From Mycobacterium leprae TN (GTDB taxonomy: Bacteria; Actinomycetota; Actinomycetes; Mycobacteriales; Mycobacteriaceae), in the NCBI RefSeq assembly GCF_000195855.1, contig NC_002677.1, forward strand, positions 3,060,001 through 3,092,000: DNA of 32,000 bases. Direction: 5' to 3'. Both the position numbers and the translations under genes were made by a program. Of this stretch, positions 10,376-21,329 are shown one piece after another (the stretch's first letter is position 1; every line of letters starts with the position of its first letter). The notes under the pieces are model-generated. The model was not told where the DNA came from. It saw only the letters and a list, made by a program, of their open reading frames with translations, and did no database searches.

Positions 10376-10489
10376 GCTATAATTAGCCGGTAAGCATGCA
10401 GGCGGGGGACGCTTCAGCTTACCTGGTTCATGCCTGGACGGTTGATGAGCCGGTCACAATGCACCCACTTCTCGACATCAACGTGGCCG

Positions 10490-11520
10490 GCCGGCGGTTG
10501 CTTCCGCGACTATCACCGGTATTGGGGCCATGGGATGGTTTACGGCACACGAATATTGGCTGGGCGCCACTTGGTGCTCGAGCATGGCGCGGCAGCCATC
10601 TACCGCATCGCGTTTATGGCAGCCGCTACGCAGTTTCAGGCACTCATCGGGGAGAACGGGATGCTGACGGTGCTGCGATTTCTGGCTAGGCGGTCCTTCT
10701 GGAGATCACTGAACGTCTTTCATACCCGCTACTACGATGGGTTGTTCACCATTGCCTTCCGGTTCGGCGCGGCAATTGCGGCAGCTATCGTGGTCGTGGC
10801 GGCAGACTTGGCACCGTTGTGAGCCACGATGCCGATGCTGCTGACGCGCTGGGACCTTTACCTTTCGATGTCGGCTGGGCGAGCTAGTTGCTGTACGGGC
10901 TGGCGAGCCTGCTAGTTCTACCACTATGAGACACAGGCGATGCCGGGGCCGATCAGTTGGTTTTCTACCATCTACCCAAGCCACTGCACCGAATCGAGGT
11001 GTCGGGTAACTATTTTTTCCCCAGATCATCGGCCTATTCTGGTTGTTCACTCCACAGCAGATTGGCCAGCCTAGCTAAGGCGCTTATCGGTCGTCACCAA
11101 GCTGTGGCTAGTGGCATCGGACAACTTCATCTGACTCGATTAGCTGACGGTAATACTGGCCCGCAGCATGATAGATCAGTCTTGGGTCCTTCAGTGGCCG
11201 GCAACACCCCTACCCACGCAGCCGTTACTGCTGGCGTCGCAGTCGTGGTTCACCGTCTTGGCGAACATGTTCACCACCGCAGTTCTGTTCTTAAACCACA
11301 CACCTGTACGCAGCAAACTATCGTTTCATCAAAAAATGAACATGTTGTTCAACCCATTTCACCTCGTGTCGTGAACACCTACGGAGCTTTCGGCAGCTTT
11401 GGCTGCATTCACCGGTAACTGGTGATCGAAGGCACCGAAGAGACGACCATCAACAAGACAGATCCATAAGGAATACGAGTTCAAAAGCAAGCCCGGCACT
11501 ATATGCCGGTTGCAGCATCA
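10490..11520 (+). pseudogene. Decayed lipase-maturation-factor-like membrane protein (Rv0235c-like)
   Basis: Frameshifted pieces in colinear order: AAIYRIAFMAAATQFQALIGENGMLTVLRFLARRSFWRS; YHYE.QAMPGPISWFFYHLPKPLHRIEVSGNYFF; QLWLVASDNF; VNTYGAFGSF; LVIEGTEE; KEYEFKSKPG. These match the LMF-family order. Confidence 0.7.
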
Positions 11521-11588
11521 ATAGGTGCTCTATTAACTACGACCGGATCGCGGTAGCGCTGGAGATTAGCGAACGGCACGTAGTGATT

Positions 11589-11626
11589 TTTGATCAAGTG
11601 CAAGATCTATCTTGCACTTGATCAAA
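11589..11626. repeat. Perfect inverted repeat, 18-bp arms, 2-nt centre
   Basis: tttgatcaagtgcaagat - ct - atcttgcacttgatcaaa. Confidence 0.97.
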
Positions 11627-12317
11627 TCGTAACCACCGTCCTCCCATATAAACACCACAAAAAGTATATGTTCTCGAATGGCTATCTCGCTTGTCTACGA
11701 GTTCCTCATTAACTCACCCTCACCAACAAAAGCCAACACCTTCGAGTCCGGCTTGGCCCACACCTCCATACCGCCGAGCAAAGCCATCAATAAATAATAC
11801 ATTTGAGGCCAAAAGACCAAAAAATGTTGTGCTGATACGTCGGGTACAGCTGCGCCATTCCATATCTTGATGACACCGATGTCCACCAGTCTGACATCGC
11901 CGCTGTCCATTGCCGAGCTAGTATAGGCGACTCCCGCTGGGGAGCTAGTGGAAACCTCGAATCCTGTCTCCCCGAGCTAATTACTCAGCAGGCAGACCAG
12001 ATCCTGTCACTGCGACATAGCCGCCGAAGCAGTATCCGGCGATCTCTAATGTGAGCGTGTGGAGAAAAGAACTTTGGTGTAGCAGATTATCCCGACACTC
12101 ACTGAATAGCGCATGTCGAACTCGGTCAGTGTCGCCGCAGCGGATTAACCCAGACGGGATTAAATTCCGCAATCAAGTTCTGAAGCACCTCAGTTCCCCC
12201 ATGTAGGCTCGCCAGCGAGTGATCAAGGCAAACATCAAAACCCAGTCGACTTATTACTGGTGCGACTCCATTATAATTATATTGACGACCCTGGCCCAGC
12301 TGAACCGAGATCACTAC

Positions 12318-12368
12318 CAGCGGGATGCTGGTGGTGGTGTCAGTGACACCACCACCAGCATCCCGCTG
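12318..12368. repeat. Perfect inverted repeat, 25-bp arms, 1-nt centre
   Basis: cagcgggatgctggtggtggtgtca - g - tgacaccaccaccagcatcccgctg. Confidence 0.98.
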
Positions 12369-12683
12369 CATGTTGATCACACCAGGGACCAAATTCCACC
12401 GTACGACAGGTAAGCTACCTAATACATCTACATCTTCGCCATGAACGCCGTCGCTCGTTCATCCCGGAGTAAGTACGTGCCTGATGTGTGACGCCGCCAA
12501 TGCCTGCACGAAACGGATGTTTCCCACACCGGGTATCCCGAAGTCGACCGAGACAACCTCGCTTTCCAGGCACTTGACCATCGGTTGAACGACTGTGCTC
12601 ATCCAACATCTCCCCGGGGACACGATACTGGCAGGCTATACCCAGATGTTTCACCAGCCAGCCCAAATGAAGGAGAGGTCAGC

Positions 12684-14057
12684 ATGTCGATCGCCACCAT
12701 CAACCCGGCCACCGGCGAGACGGTCAAGACCTTTACACCGACAACCCAGGATGAAGTCGAGGATGCGATTGCTCGCGCCTATGCGCGGTTTGACAACTAC
12801 CGTCACACTACCTTCACTCAACGGGCCAAGTGGGCTAACGCCACCGCCGACCTGCTCGAAGCTGAAGCCAACCAATCCGCCGCCCTGATGACCCTCGAAA
12901 TGGGTAAGACGCTGCAGTCAGCTAAGGATGAGGCAATGAAGTGCGCCAAGGGTTTTCGCTACTACGCTGAGAAAGCCGAAACGTTGCTCGCAGATGAGCC
13001 GGCCGAAGCCGCCGCCGTTGGTGCGTCGAAAGCATTAGCCCGTTACCAGCCGCTCGGTGTGGTACTGGCTGTTATGCCGTGGAACTTTCCGCTGTGGCAG
13101 ACTGTTCGGTTCGCTGCACCGGCGCTGATGGCAGGCAACGTCGGCCTCCTAAAGCACGCGTCAAACGTGCCGCAGTGCGCGTTGTACCTCGCCGACGTCA
13201 TTGCCCGTGGCGGCTTTCCGGAGGACTGTTTCCAAACGCTGCTCATCTCGGCCAATGGTGTCGAAGCCATTCTGCGTGATCCCCGGGTCGCGGCGGCCAC
13301 CCTCACCGGTAGCGAACCAGCCGGCCAGGCGGTCGGCGCCATTGCGGGCAACGAGATAAAGCCCACTGTGCTAGAGCTTGGCGGCAGCGACCCTTTCATC
13401 GTGATGCCCTCGGCGGATTTGGATGCGGCAGTTGCCACCGCGGTTACCGGACGGGTGCAGAACAACGGCCAATCCTGCATCGCCGCCAAGCGGTTTATCG
13501 CCCATGCCGACATTTACGATGAGTTCGTCGAAAAATTCGTCGCCAGGATGGAAACGCTGCGAGTGGGTGACCCTACCGACCCGGACACCGACGTCGGTCC
13601 GCTGGCCACTGAGTCGGGCCGCGCCCAAGTCGAACAACAAGTCGACGCCGCAGCAGCAGCAGGCGCAGTGATCCGTTGCGGCGGTAAACGTCCCGACCGG
13701 CCGGGGTGGTTCTACCCACCGACCGTGATTACCGACATCACCAAGGACATGGCACTCTACACCGACGAGGTCTTTGGTCCGGTCGCCTCAGTATACTGTG
13801 CCACAAACATCGACGACGCCATCGAAATCGCCAACGCTACCCCCTTTGGGTTGGGTTCCAACGCTTGGACGCAGAACGAGTCCGAGCAACGACACTTCAT
13901 CGACAACATCGTCGCCGGGCAGGTCTTCATCAACGGTATGACGGTATCCTATCCCGAATTGCCGTTCGGCGGTATCAAACGGTCAGGCTACGGCCGAGAG
14001 CTGTCGACCCATGGGATCCGTGAGTTCTGCAACATCAAGACAGTTTGGATCGCATAG
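12684..14057 (+). CDS. gabD1: Succinate-semialdehyde dehydrogenase (NADP+)
   Basis: ATG at 12684 with upstream gaaggagag gives 457 aa (MSIATINPATGETVKTF...); ALDH catalytic VLELGGSDPFIV and NNGQSCIAAKRF; C-terminus IREFCNIKTVWIA. The ORF-track start at 12585 is probably too long. Confidence 0.95.
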   Translation: MSIATINPATGETVKTFTPTTQDEVEDAIARAYARFDNYRHTTFTQRAKWANATADLLEAEANQSAALMTLEMGKTLQSAKDEAMKCAKGFRYYAEKAETLLADEPAEAAAVGASKALARYQPLGVVLAVMPWNFPLWQTVRFAAPALMAGNVGLLKHASNVPQCALYLADVIARGGFPEDCFQTLLISANGVEAILRDPRVAAATLTGSEPAGQAVGAIAGNEIKPTVLELGGSDPFIVMPSADLDAAVATAVTGRVQNNGQSCIAAKRFIAHADIYDEFVEKFVARMETLRVGDPTDPDTDVGPLATESGRAQVEQQVDAAAAAGAVIRCGGKRPDRPGWFYPPTVITDITKDMALYTDEVFGPVASVYCATNIDDAIEIANATPFGLGSNAWTQNESEQRHFIDNIVAGQVFINGMTVSYPELPFGGIKRSGYGRELSTHGIREFCNIKTVWIA

Positions 14058-14950
14058 AACAGCCTAACCTCACGCCTAATCTAGCCTCGGTCATAACATG
14101 ATTCGAGAAAAATTGGCAACTTCGAGGAAGTATTCCTCTTCCTGTAGATGAGTTGTGCAGCTGAAATGCTCTAATTTTGTGTACTGGACCCGTGGAATCC
14201 GCTGCACGAAAAGAAACGACGCATAGGTCGGGCGCTTCATCGTAGCGCACATCGATAACGAGAGTGGTCACGGTGATCCGATTAAGCTGATCTACAACGG
14301 ACCACTATTTCAAAGCGCCCGCGCATGTAACACTCATTGGACCCAGCCGTCGCGTGATAGAAGACAGTCTGATCTTCTTTCACTGCGTCAAAGCTAGCCA
14401 CCAAGTACGGCGGGTTGGGAACCGGCGGCACACATGGCGGTCGTAAAACACCTAGTTGGTTGCCAAGATACTCCGCGAAATCCGTTGGGGTAGTGCTGCA
14501 GGTATAAGTTCGGACCGCAACTGGTTGACCCCGCCCCACCATAACCGCATAAACTCAGGTGTTTTAGCGAGTATCATTCCCCGAAGACCCGGAGACTGAC
14601 ACGGCATTGCTTAGCGAGGAGCATTCGACCCAGGAGTTATCTAACAGATAGTAATTATCGGCTATCTCAAGATCTGTAAGTAAGCAAACCAACTCGTCAA
14701 AGAATCAGGTGGACCTTCCAAAATTCAGGATCGGTGTTAGGGGAACTGAATTGATCGCACCGACCTAAACTGGTCGTAGTGGATGACAGTGCTTAATTAG
14801 CCGGGAGATCCGCGGCAGATAGGCGGTGCACTACCATGGACAACGACCAAAAGCGCGCGTCCTAGAACAGCTTTTCTAGCCCGCCGATGATGTGCCGTCA
14901 AGTGCGTCTACGAAGAATTTCAGGGTTAAGCTTCCAACGTGCTAAGCGAG

Positions 14951-14994
14951 ATCGTCATCCCTCTCCAAGTAAATCGTCATCCCTCTCCAAGTAA
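14951..14994. repeat. Perfect tandem duplication, 2 x 22 bp
   Basis: (atcgtcatccctctccaagtaa) at 14951-14972 and 14973-14994. Confidence 0.97.
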
Positions 14995-15219
14995 ACTAGT
15001 GTTGGGAAGCTCAGTTTGACCCGTCGGGTTACAGCCGCACACGTTAGCCCGTCGCGAAACACGGCCTGCATTCGGTGTGCTAATCCATTCCGCGTGCAAA
15101 CTACCAGGGGTCTGGCGTTGTCGATTAAAAGGCTGCCAGAGTCCGTTTGTCCTCAACGGCTAAGCTGTCCTCCAGTTGCAGCGGCGAATAGTCGACATCG
15201 ATCTACTCCAGCAGCCATC

Positions 15220-15940
15220 CGCGAGCACTGCTGATTGTCCCTTACCCGTCGCACCCCTTCGTCGCTGGAGTACTGCATGAACTCGTCAACCGACAAACCG
15301 AACGGGATGTCGGCGTCGTAGAGCGCAAAGCCTTCTTGGATGCGGCACAACACTAAATAAATGAACTGATTTATCCGCGTTTCAAACGCCGTCCAATTAG
15401 CGGCGACAGATGAAGGTGCCTCACGCCATATGGTGTCGCTTGTCATCGTCGATTCGGCAGACCAATTCCTGCACGCCGGGAATAACAGCGCCCTATGAAA
15501 ATCGTAAGCCAGGAGTAGCATATCACCAACGCCAGTACGCCTTCGACGACGTGGTTGCAGATGACTGATGCCCGAACCTGTACGGCCGATGAGTGATCCG
15601 TCAACAATACCTCGAGGAATTCCAGCAGCTCTGGATAGAAGAAGATCTTACGGGTAGGGCGGAATTCCATCGAGGTAACGATGCAGATCGTAGCTGATAC
15701 CTACGGCGTCTAGCCATAAGCGGAATACCTGCGTGCGTTTGGGTTGCTCGATCGCGACCTCCGGATACATCTCTTCTCCCAGCCACCCTTCGGCGCGCAT
15801 CGCGCTCATGAACAGCTGGCTGTCCTTGGTGACTGCTTTTTCGCCGGTGGCGAACTCGTCGCACAGCCGGGTAGTAGCATCGCCCTCATGGTCCGACAGG
15901 GACTATGGTAGTCCTCACTGCCGCGAGAGAAGTCGTATCG
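15220..15940 (-). pseudogene. Decayed R2-like ligand-binding oxidase / ribonucleotide reductase beta-like protein (Rv0233-like)
   Basis: Colinear minus-strand pieces: [35 protein letters not shown]; [45 protein letters not shown]; [22 protein letters not shown]; [54 protein letters not shown]. Several frameshifts and stops. Confidence 0.8.
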
Positions 15941-17065
15941 GCTGGATTACAAAACTTTGCGTTTCCGCAGGCACACAGCTTCAAAGGCAAGCTCTCCCTG
16001 TTGAATCAGCCCACAACGAGCTATCCTATGCATGTGTGTTCACGATATTGAACTCCACGGATCATATCGAGACCGATTGTGTAGAAGCAGGTTTCGATGA
16101 CACAGTGAAGGCCGCCGCCAACACTACGATAATCCGGAGCACGGCCAACACTGGATTGTCGGGAGTTAGCGTGTCCCGTCCCAGGACCGCATCCATACCG
16201 CGCAGGCATAGATCCCCATATGCAGAAAAATCATCATCAGCACCAATAACAGCGCGGCTGTATCACAGTCCGCATGCAGCTCACCTGCGCGCACCACCGG
16301 CCGCAGCAAGTCCAGGCAGTGGCAATGAACTACGGTCCCCACACTGACCCGGGCAACGGCGGCCAACGCCAAAGCCGCGACGGCATGGAGCCCCCTAACA
16401 TCGATGACCATGTAATCATTCTGGTGTAATCTAACATAATAGTAAAACGCGTTGTCGGCTGGCCGTCAGAAGAGCACGCCGACGAACGTTAAGTTGGCCG
16501 CACGCTGGATAACAACAGCGGAGAAGGAATCAGTCAAGGTCTAGTTCGTCGATGCGGATTGCTTGCAAGAGAGCAGATTCCTGAGCGAGAAACACGGTAA
16601 CCGATGTGTTAACCCAAAGCGGGGGGCTAGTGGAGATGGACACGATGTTGTCGCAATTGACTACTGAGGCCTGTTGTAGGCCGCTCTCGTTACCGACAGG
16701 CACCTCAGTCGACAGGTACACGGACAATGCTGGGGACTGGCACGACGGTAACGCGAGACAGATGCGGCCGGAAGAGTTCCGGGATCAGCATCAAAACGGG
16801 GCGCGCCTTGTCCAGATGTGCGGCGTGAATCGGCCGCATAAGTTCAGGCCTGGCGGAAGTTTCACCACATACCCAACCAGGGCATCCAGATCCGGACCAG
16901 TTCCCATAGCGGTAAGTTTCTGGGCATCGCGGGCTGCGATCTGGATTCACCGTTCGCTTTCAAGTGCACGCAACACCACTGCAGCGCAGCTCGGTGCGTG
17001 CTGCTCACCGACTCCCTGATTCCAGGAAGACGACGATGTCATCGGGTAACCGCACAGCAATCTGA

Positions 17066-17103
17066 GTGCTCATACCATTCCGGTATCGGAATGGTATGAG
17101 CAC
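17066..17103. repeat. Perfect inverted repeat, 17-bp arms, 4-nt loop
   Basis: gtgctcataccattccg - gtat - cggaatggtatgagcac. Confidence 0.97.
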
Positions 17104-17124
17104 CCTAAGGAAACCAATGTCAAG

Positions 17125-18100
17125 AGTTCATCTGATAGGCCACGTTAATCGGCAGGACGTGTTTCTTCCAAGACTTGGTCGTAACGAGCCGAGTCGTTGA
17201 CCGGACACGGATCATCCGCATTACGAAACGAGCCTGGTCGCCTGTGGTTCGAAAACTTGCTATTGAGCTCGACGGGATAGCGGTTGAAGTCATTGACGAG
17301 CAGCGCGAAGAGGTCGTCGAGCAGCAGCTCACTCATGCCAGACGATGCAGCATCCTCCAGGATCAACTGGGTATAGGGCACAGTCGCTAAAAGCTGGCCC
17401 ACGCCGAAGACGAAGCCGATGTCCTTTTGCTGCGCTGCATCGGGAGTCAAGCTGACTAGCAGCGCGGCGAGCACATTGATCTACTCACGCAACAACGCAA
17501 AGTTGAGCAGGTGAGCATAGCTGCCGAACGTCGACCGCTAATCGTAGAACGCACCTCACCTAGGCTGCCCGTGGGCCCTGGGCAAACAAGAACGCCTCGT
17601 TGGACGTACCGACGCGACAACCCCAATCGGGGGCAATTCGCTATTCGGGGCGAGCAGGTAATTGAGCATAAACTCACCGAGCAACCCGATGTTGATGTGA
17701 ACGGTACCTTCCAGCCGGGACAACTCTCCGATCTCACGGACCATCGTTTCGAAAAACATGTCCTGCTTCGCAGCCTAAGGCAACGATGAGATCAAAATAG
17801 GGCAGTGTGCCGGCGAGAGAACACCGAGAATAGCCGGTAGCGGTGCATGCAGCATCAGTGAACAGCCACCACACGTGAGTAAAGTCGGTGACGACAGTCC
17901 CATCCAGGCGGCGGTTGGACATGTGGGTGACGGCCTCGTAAACGGCGTGCGTACACATACCGACAGAACACCCACATCCCAAATCATACGTTGACGGCGT
18001 TGAAGGGGCAGTGTGGAAGGCCTTCGGGCCTTGGTAACCAGATAGTCGCGCAGCGCGTTAATTGGCAACGTAGTTTGCGCTTCATACCATATTCTTGATC
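17125..18100 (-). pseudogene. fadE4: Decayed acyl-CoA dehydrogenase (fadE4/Rv0231-like); the 5' limit may extend to ~18650
   Basis: Frameshifted pieces YEAVTHMSNRRLDGTVVTDFTHV, MVREIGELSRLEGTVHINIGLLGEFMLNYLLAPNSELPPIG and DLFALLVNDFNRYPVELNSKFSN...NDSARYDQV; position next to the R2-like pseudogene agrees with synteny. Confidence 0.6.
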
Positions 18101-19059
18101 AGATCATACCACTCATGTCTGGAAATCGGCAGCGAAAAATATATAATTTGCCAGGGACGGTCACTTCACCGAAGGTGAGGACCATCCGGGTGACTTTTAC
18201 GTTGCCTATGTAGTCCTTCTAATCCAGCCAGTCCGTCCACCTTGACTCGGCCGCAAGATCATGTCGGGCTGGTAGACGTCGGCGCCGTGGGTCTGCTCCG
18301 ACAGATCGAAGGCTAACACCTCACCGGCCTGCAGCTGGGCAGTGAACTTGCGCTTGGCGTCCTCGTTGACGCTCGATCCAGATCAGGACCAGACCGAAAG
18401 CAGTCACCTGGAAGGGGACCAGTAGCTGAGTCCGTAGAAGCCGATGAACTGGGCAAACTCGCTGATTCGGTAGGTGTCCCGACAGCAATCCAGGCCACCG
18501 TACTTGTCCGGCATAAGCAGAGAAGCAAAGACGTGCTCCCGCCCTACGAAATCGGATAAATCATCTAAGTATCACACACTCGCGGTCGTCGGACTTCAAC
18601 CAGCGACTTCCCCGGAACTCGAAAAGTGCACCATCGCGGTCATGATCTCCCCAAGCGACGGTCTGGGTATTGGCGCTCCAAGCGGTTGGGATTTAGCAAC
18701 ATGACAATGTCTCCCTGGTACTCTCGGCAAGTTCCCGGGAGGCCGGTTCGGACAAGAACTAAGGTAAATGGCACTGCAAAAACGCGGCCACCGCGTGTCA
18801 GGAGAAAAACCGGGCCAGCAAATTGGCCAGTAGCACAATCAACTAAACCCAAACACCACTGTTTTCCTACCGCCGGACCTAGCTACCGGTTAAGTGTCAG
18901 AACTAAATACGGCTAGGAGCCCATAAATGTCACTGACATGCGCGTAACGTTCACGCATTAGTCAAGTGTTCATCCTTACCCCTGAATCGCGCAGAACTAT
19001 CCGGAACCCTGGACTGATGAAGAGCAGCGAGTGGCTGACGCCATTACCTGGCTAGGCTA

Positions 19060-19862
19060 GCTCAAGGACAGCGGTGTAGAAACCATCGTCGACCTCACTG
19101 TGATCCTGCTAGGTCGTTACATCCCGCGCATCGCCCGTGGCGCAGCGTCCACTGAGTTCAACATTGTTGTGATGGCCGGCATGTACATCATAATAACGAC
19201 GTACCGTTCTATTTCCACTAGTTCGGTGCGGGATGCGCCGTTGGACGGTCCAGAAATTATGACCTCCATAGTTCGTTCCGTGACATCGAGCTAGAGCATC
19301 GCTGACACCAGCATCAAGGCTGCGATCCTCAAATGCACCACCAGGCTTGCCTGGTGGTGCGCACAGGAGCCTAGGCACACAAACGCACCGGAGTCGCCCG
19401 ACCTCCACCCACACCCATGCAGCGGCTAAAGCGCGGACTTCGATCAGCAGCGTCTTTTCACTGAAGAAGGCGCGTCAGGGCCACGTGATCATCGGCCATT
19501 CCGGCGACACCAACAACGTAGACTACCTCGAGGCACTCAATCAACAACGGCTCCTACCTGGGGATGGACCAGTTAGGCCTCGACGTAACCTCGCCGATCG
19601 AAGACCGAGTGAACAGTGTGACGCACATGTTCGGCCGCAGGCACGGCAGACAAGATGGTGTTGTCCCACGATGCCAACTGCTATATCCGACGCGCCGCCT
19701 GAGGCGCTGCATCTGGTGGACGCACCCAATTAGCATTTACCTGCGCACCCATAACGACGTGATCACCACACTGAAAAATTAACGTGGTATCAACGATGAA
19801 CAGCTACACACCAGGCTTGTTGACAATCCGCGCAGCGCCTCCGAACACCAGGAAACTTATTA
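19060..19862 (+). pseudogene. php: Decayed phosphotriesterase-family hydrolase (php/Rv0230c-like)
   Basis: Pieces ILLGRYIPRIARGAASTEFNIVVMAGMY; LDGPEIMTSIVR; THTHA; VIIGHSGDTNNVDYLEALNQ; MDQLGLDVTSPIEDRVNSVTHMF; EQLHTRLVDNPRSASEHQETY*; frameshifts and an internal deletion after ILKC. Confidence 0.75.
19335..19360. repeat. Perfect inverted repeat, 12-bp arms, 2-nt loop, inside the php pseudogene
   Basis: gcaccaccaggc - tt - gcctggtggtgc. Confidence 0.93.
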
Positions 19863-20174
19863 ATTGAGCCGGTCCCCCGATCAGTTCATGCTGACTGCGC
19901 TCGTTCCCGACAAGCCCGCGGTCACGTGCTACGGGGTGATCGTAACCCGCCGCCCACGACCGGTCGACGAACCGGTTGGCCCAAGCGCTTTGGTGCACCC
20001 GGCCGACGGATCCAGGCTAAAAGCAGACGGCGTGAAAGAGTTGGCGCACAAACGTATTTTGTTATACACGGGAACACAAATCATCTAATTCGTCAGGACT
20101 CCGCTAAGGGACGACGGCGGAAAGGTGCGGCGATGGGCGGTGCGCACAAAAATCATGGCGCGATAGCATTCGCC

Positions 20175-21329
20175 TCAGTATGTATTGAGCTGGGGTACAA
20201 CGGCCGGCTTGCGCCGACACTCCCAGCGGCGCAACGCCTCCCGGCAGGGTGACTCGACCAGCGCGTAGCTGACGGCGGCGATCGCGAAACTGAAGATCAG
20301 TGTTAGCATCAACACCATGAGCATCCGGCCGGTGAACGGGAAGGCTCCAAGCACCGGGAAGACCATAGCCAGCGCAGCAAGGTGCCACACGAACATGCCA
20401 TAGGACCAGCGACCCAACGTCACCATGCCGGTGCTACCCAGTACGCGGTGCAACGTCTCGGGCCGGTCCAGGACCAACGGCGCCACCAACGCGAAAGCCA
20501 CCAGGGAACCCATCGCCATCTTCACCGCGAATTGCGTGGCAGTGCCCGGCACCAACCCTTCCGGGCCAGCTAGCGGGGAAACCGCCACCAAGTAGGCCAA
20601 CAGAGTCATAACAGCCATCGTCAAGCGGGAACGAGCCAACCGGTGTGGCAAACTGATACGACTATACGACCACTCCGCCAACAACATGCCCGCCGCAAAC
20701 CAGGAGAAAAATGCCGGCGGCCAGGTCAGCGGATTAACGCCCGATCCAGTATGCACCGGCACCCAGCCCCAGGCCCAACTGATCACCACAGCGGCGGCTA
20801 TCACCGGCACCCGGGCACGAACCGAGATCCTACGGGTCAACAACGCCAGGATAGGCAACGCCAGGTAGAAGCTGGCCTCGACGGACAGGCTCCACATCTG
20901 GGTCAGGCCGCTGGTCAGGGTGAGCGGAACGTAGATCTGGGTGAGCGTCAAGTTTGCCAACCATACGATCCAGCTGGCATGATTGGCGCCGGGTAACAGG
21001 GACAGAATCACGACGACTGCCACCAGATAGGCCGGCATGATGCGTACCACCCGCGATCGTAGGTAGTGGCTGGTGTGTGGTTGCTCATCCTTGGGCACCG
21101 GTTGTCTAGCCGTAGCGGCGTGTCCACGCCACAACAGGAACCCCGACAGCGCAAAAAACACCGCCACCGCGAGGTCGAAGCGGCCGAAGAGGCGGCCCAC
21201 AATGCCGCTGGAGTGCCCCGTCTGAAAAGCGACATGGGTAACGACCACACCGATGGCCGCGCATGCACGCATACCTTCCACAGCGGGCAGAAAGCTGCGG
21301 ATCCCACCCACCTGCTGGACGTCGGTCAC
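20175..21329 (-). CDS. Integral membrane acyltransferase, acyltransferase 3 family (Rv0228-like)
   Basis: 384 aa; RSFLPAVEGMRACAAIGVVVTHVAF and VAVFFALSGFLLWR motifs, many TM segments, C-terminal FAIAAVSYALVESPCREALRR. Confidence 0.9.
   Translation of the reverse strand: MTDVQQVGGIRSFLPAVEGMRACAAIGVVVTHVAFQTGHSSGIVGRLFGRFDLAVAVFFALSGFLLWRGHAATARQPVPKDEQPHTSHYLRSRVVRIMPAYLVAVVVILSLLPGANHASWIVWLANLTLTQIYVPLTLTSGLTQMWSLSVEASFYLALPILALLTRRISVRARVPVIAAAVVISWAWGWVPVHTGSGVNPLTWPPAFFSWFAAGMLLAEWSYSRISLPHRLARSRLTMAVMTLLAYLVAVSPLAGPEGLVPGTATQFAVKMAMGSLVAFALVAPLVLDRPETLHRVLGSTGMVTLGRWSYGMFVWHLAALAMVFPVLGAFPFTGRMLMVLMLTLIFSFAIAAVSYALVESPCREALRRWECRRKPAVVPQLNTY

Noticed and set aside
12126-12413. Overlapping + and - ORFs sharing the peptide GGGV(S/T)DTTTSIPL
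   Set aside because: The shared peptide is produced by the 51-nt palindrome read from both strands, not by a duplicated gene.
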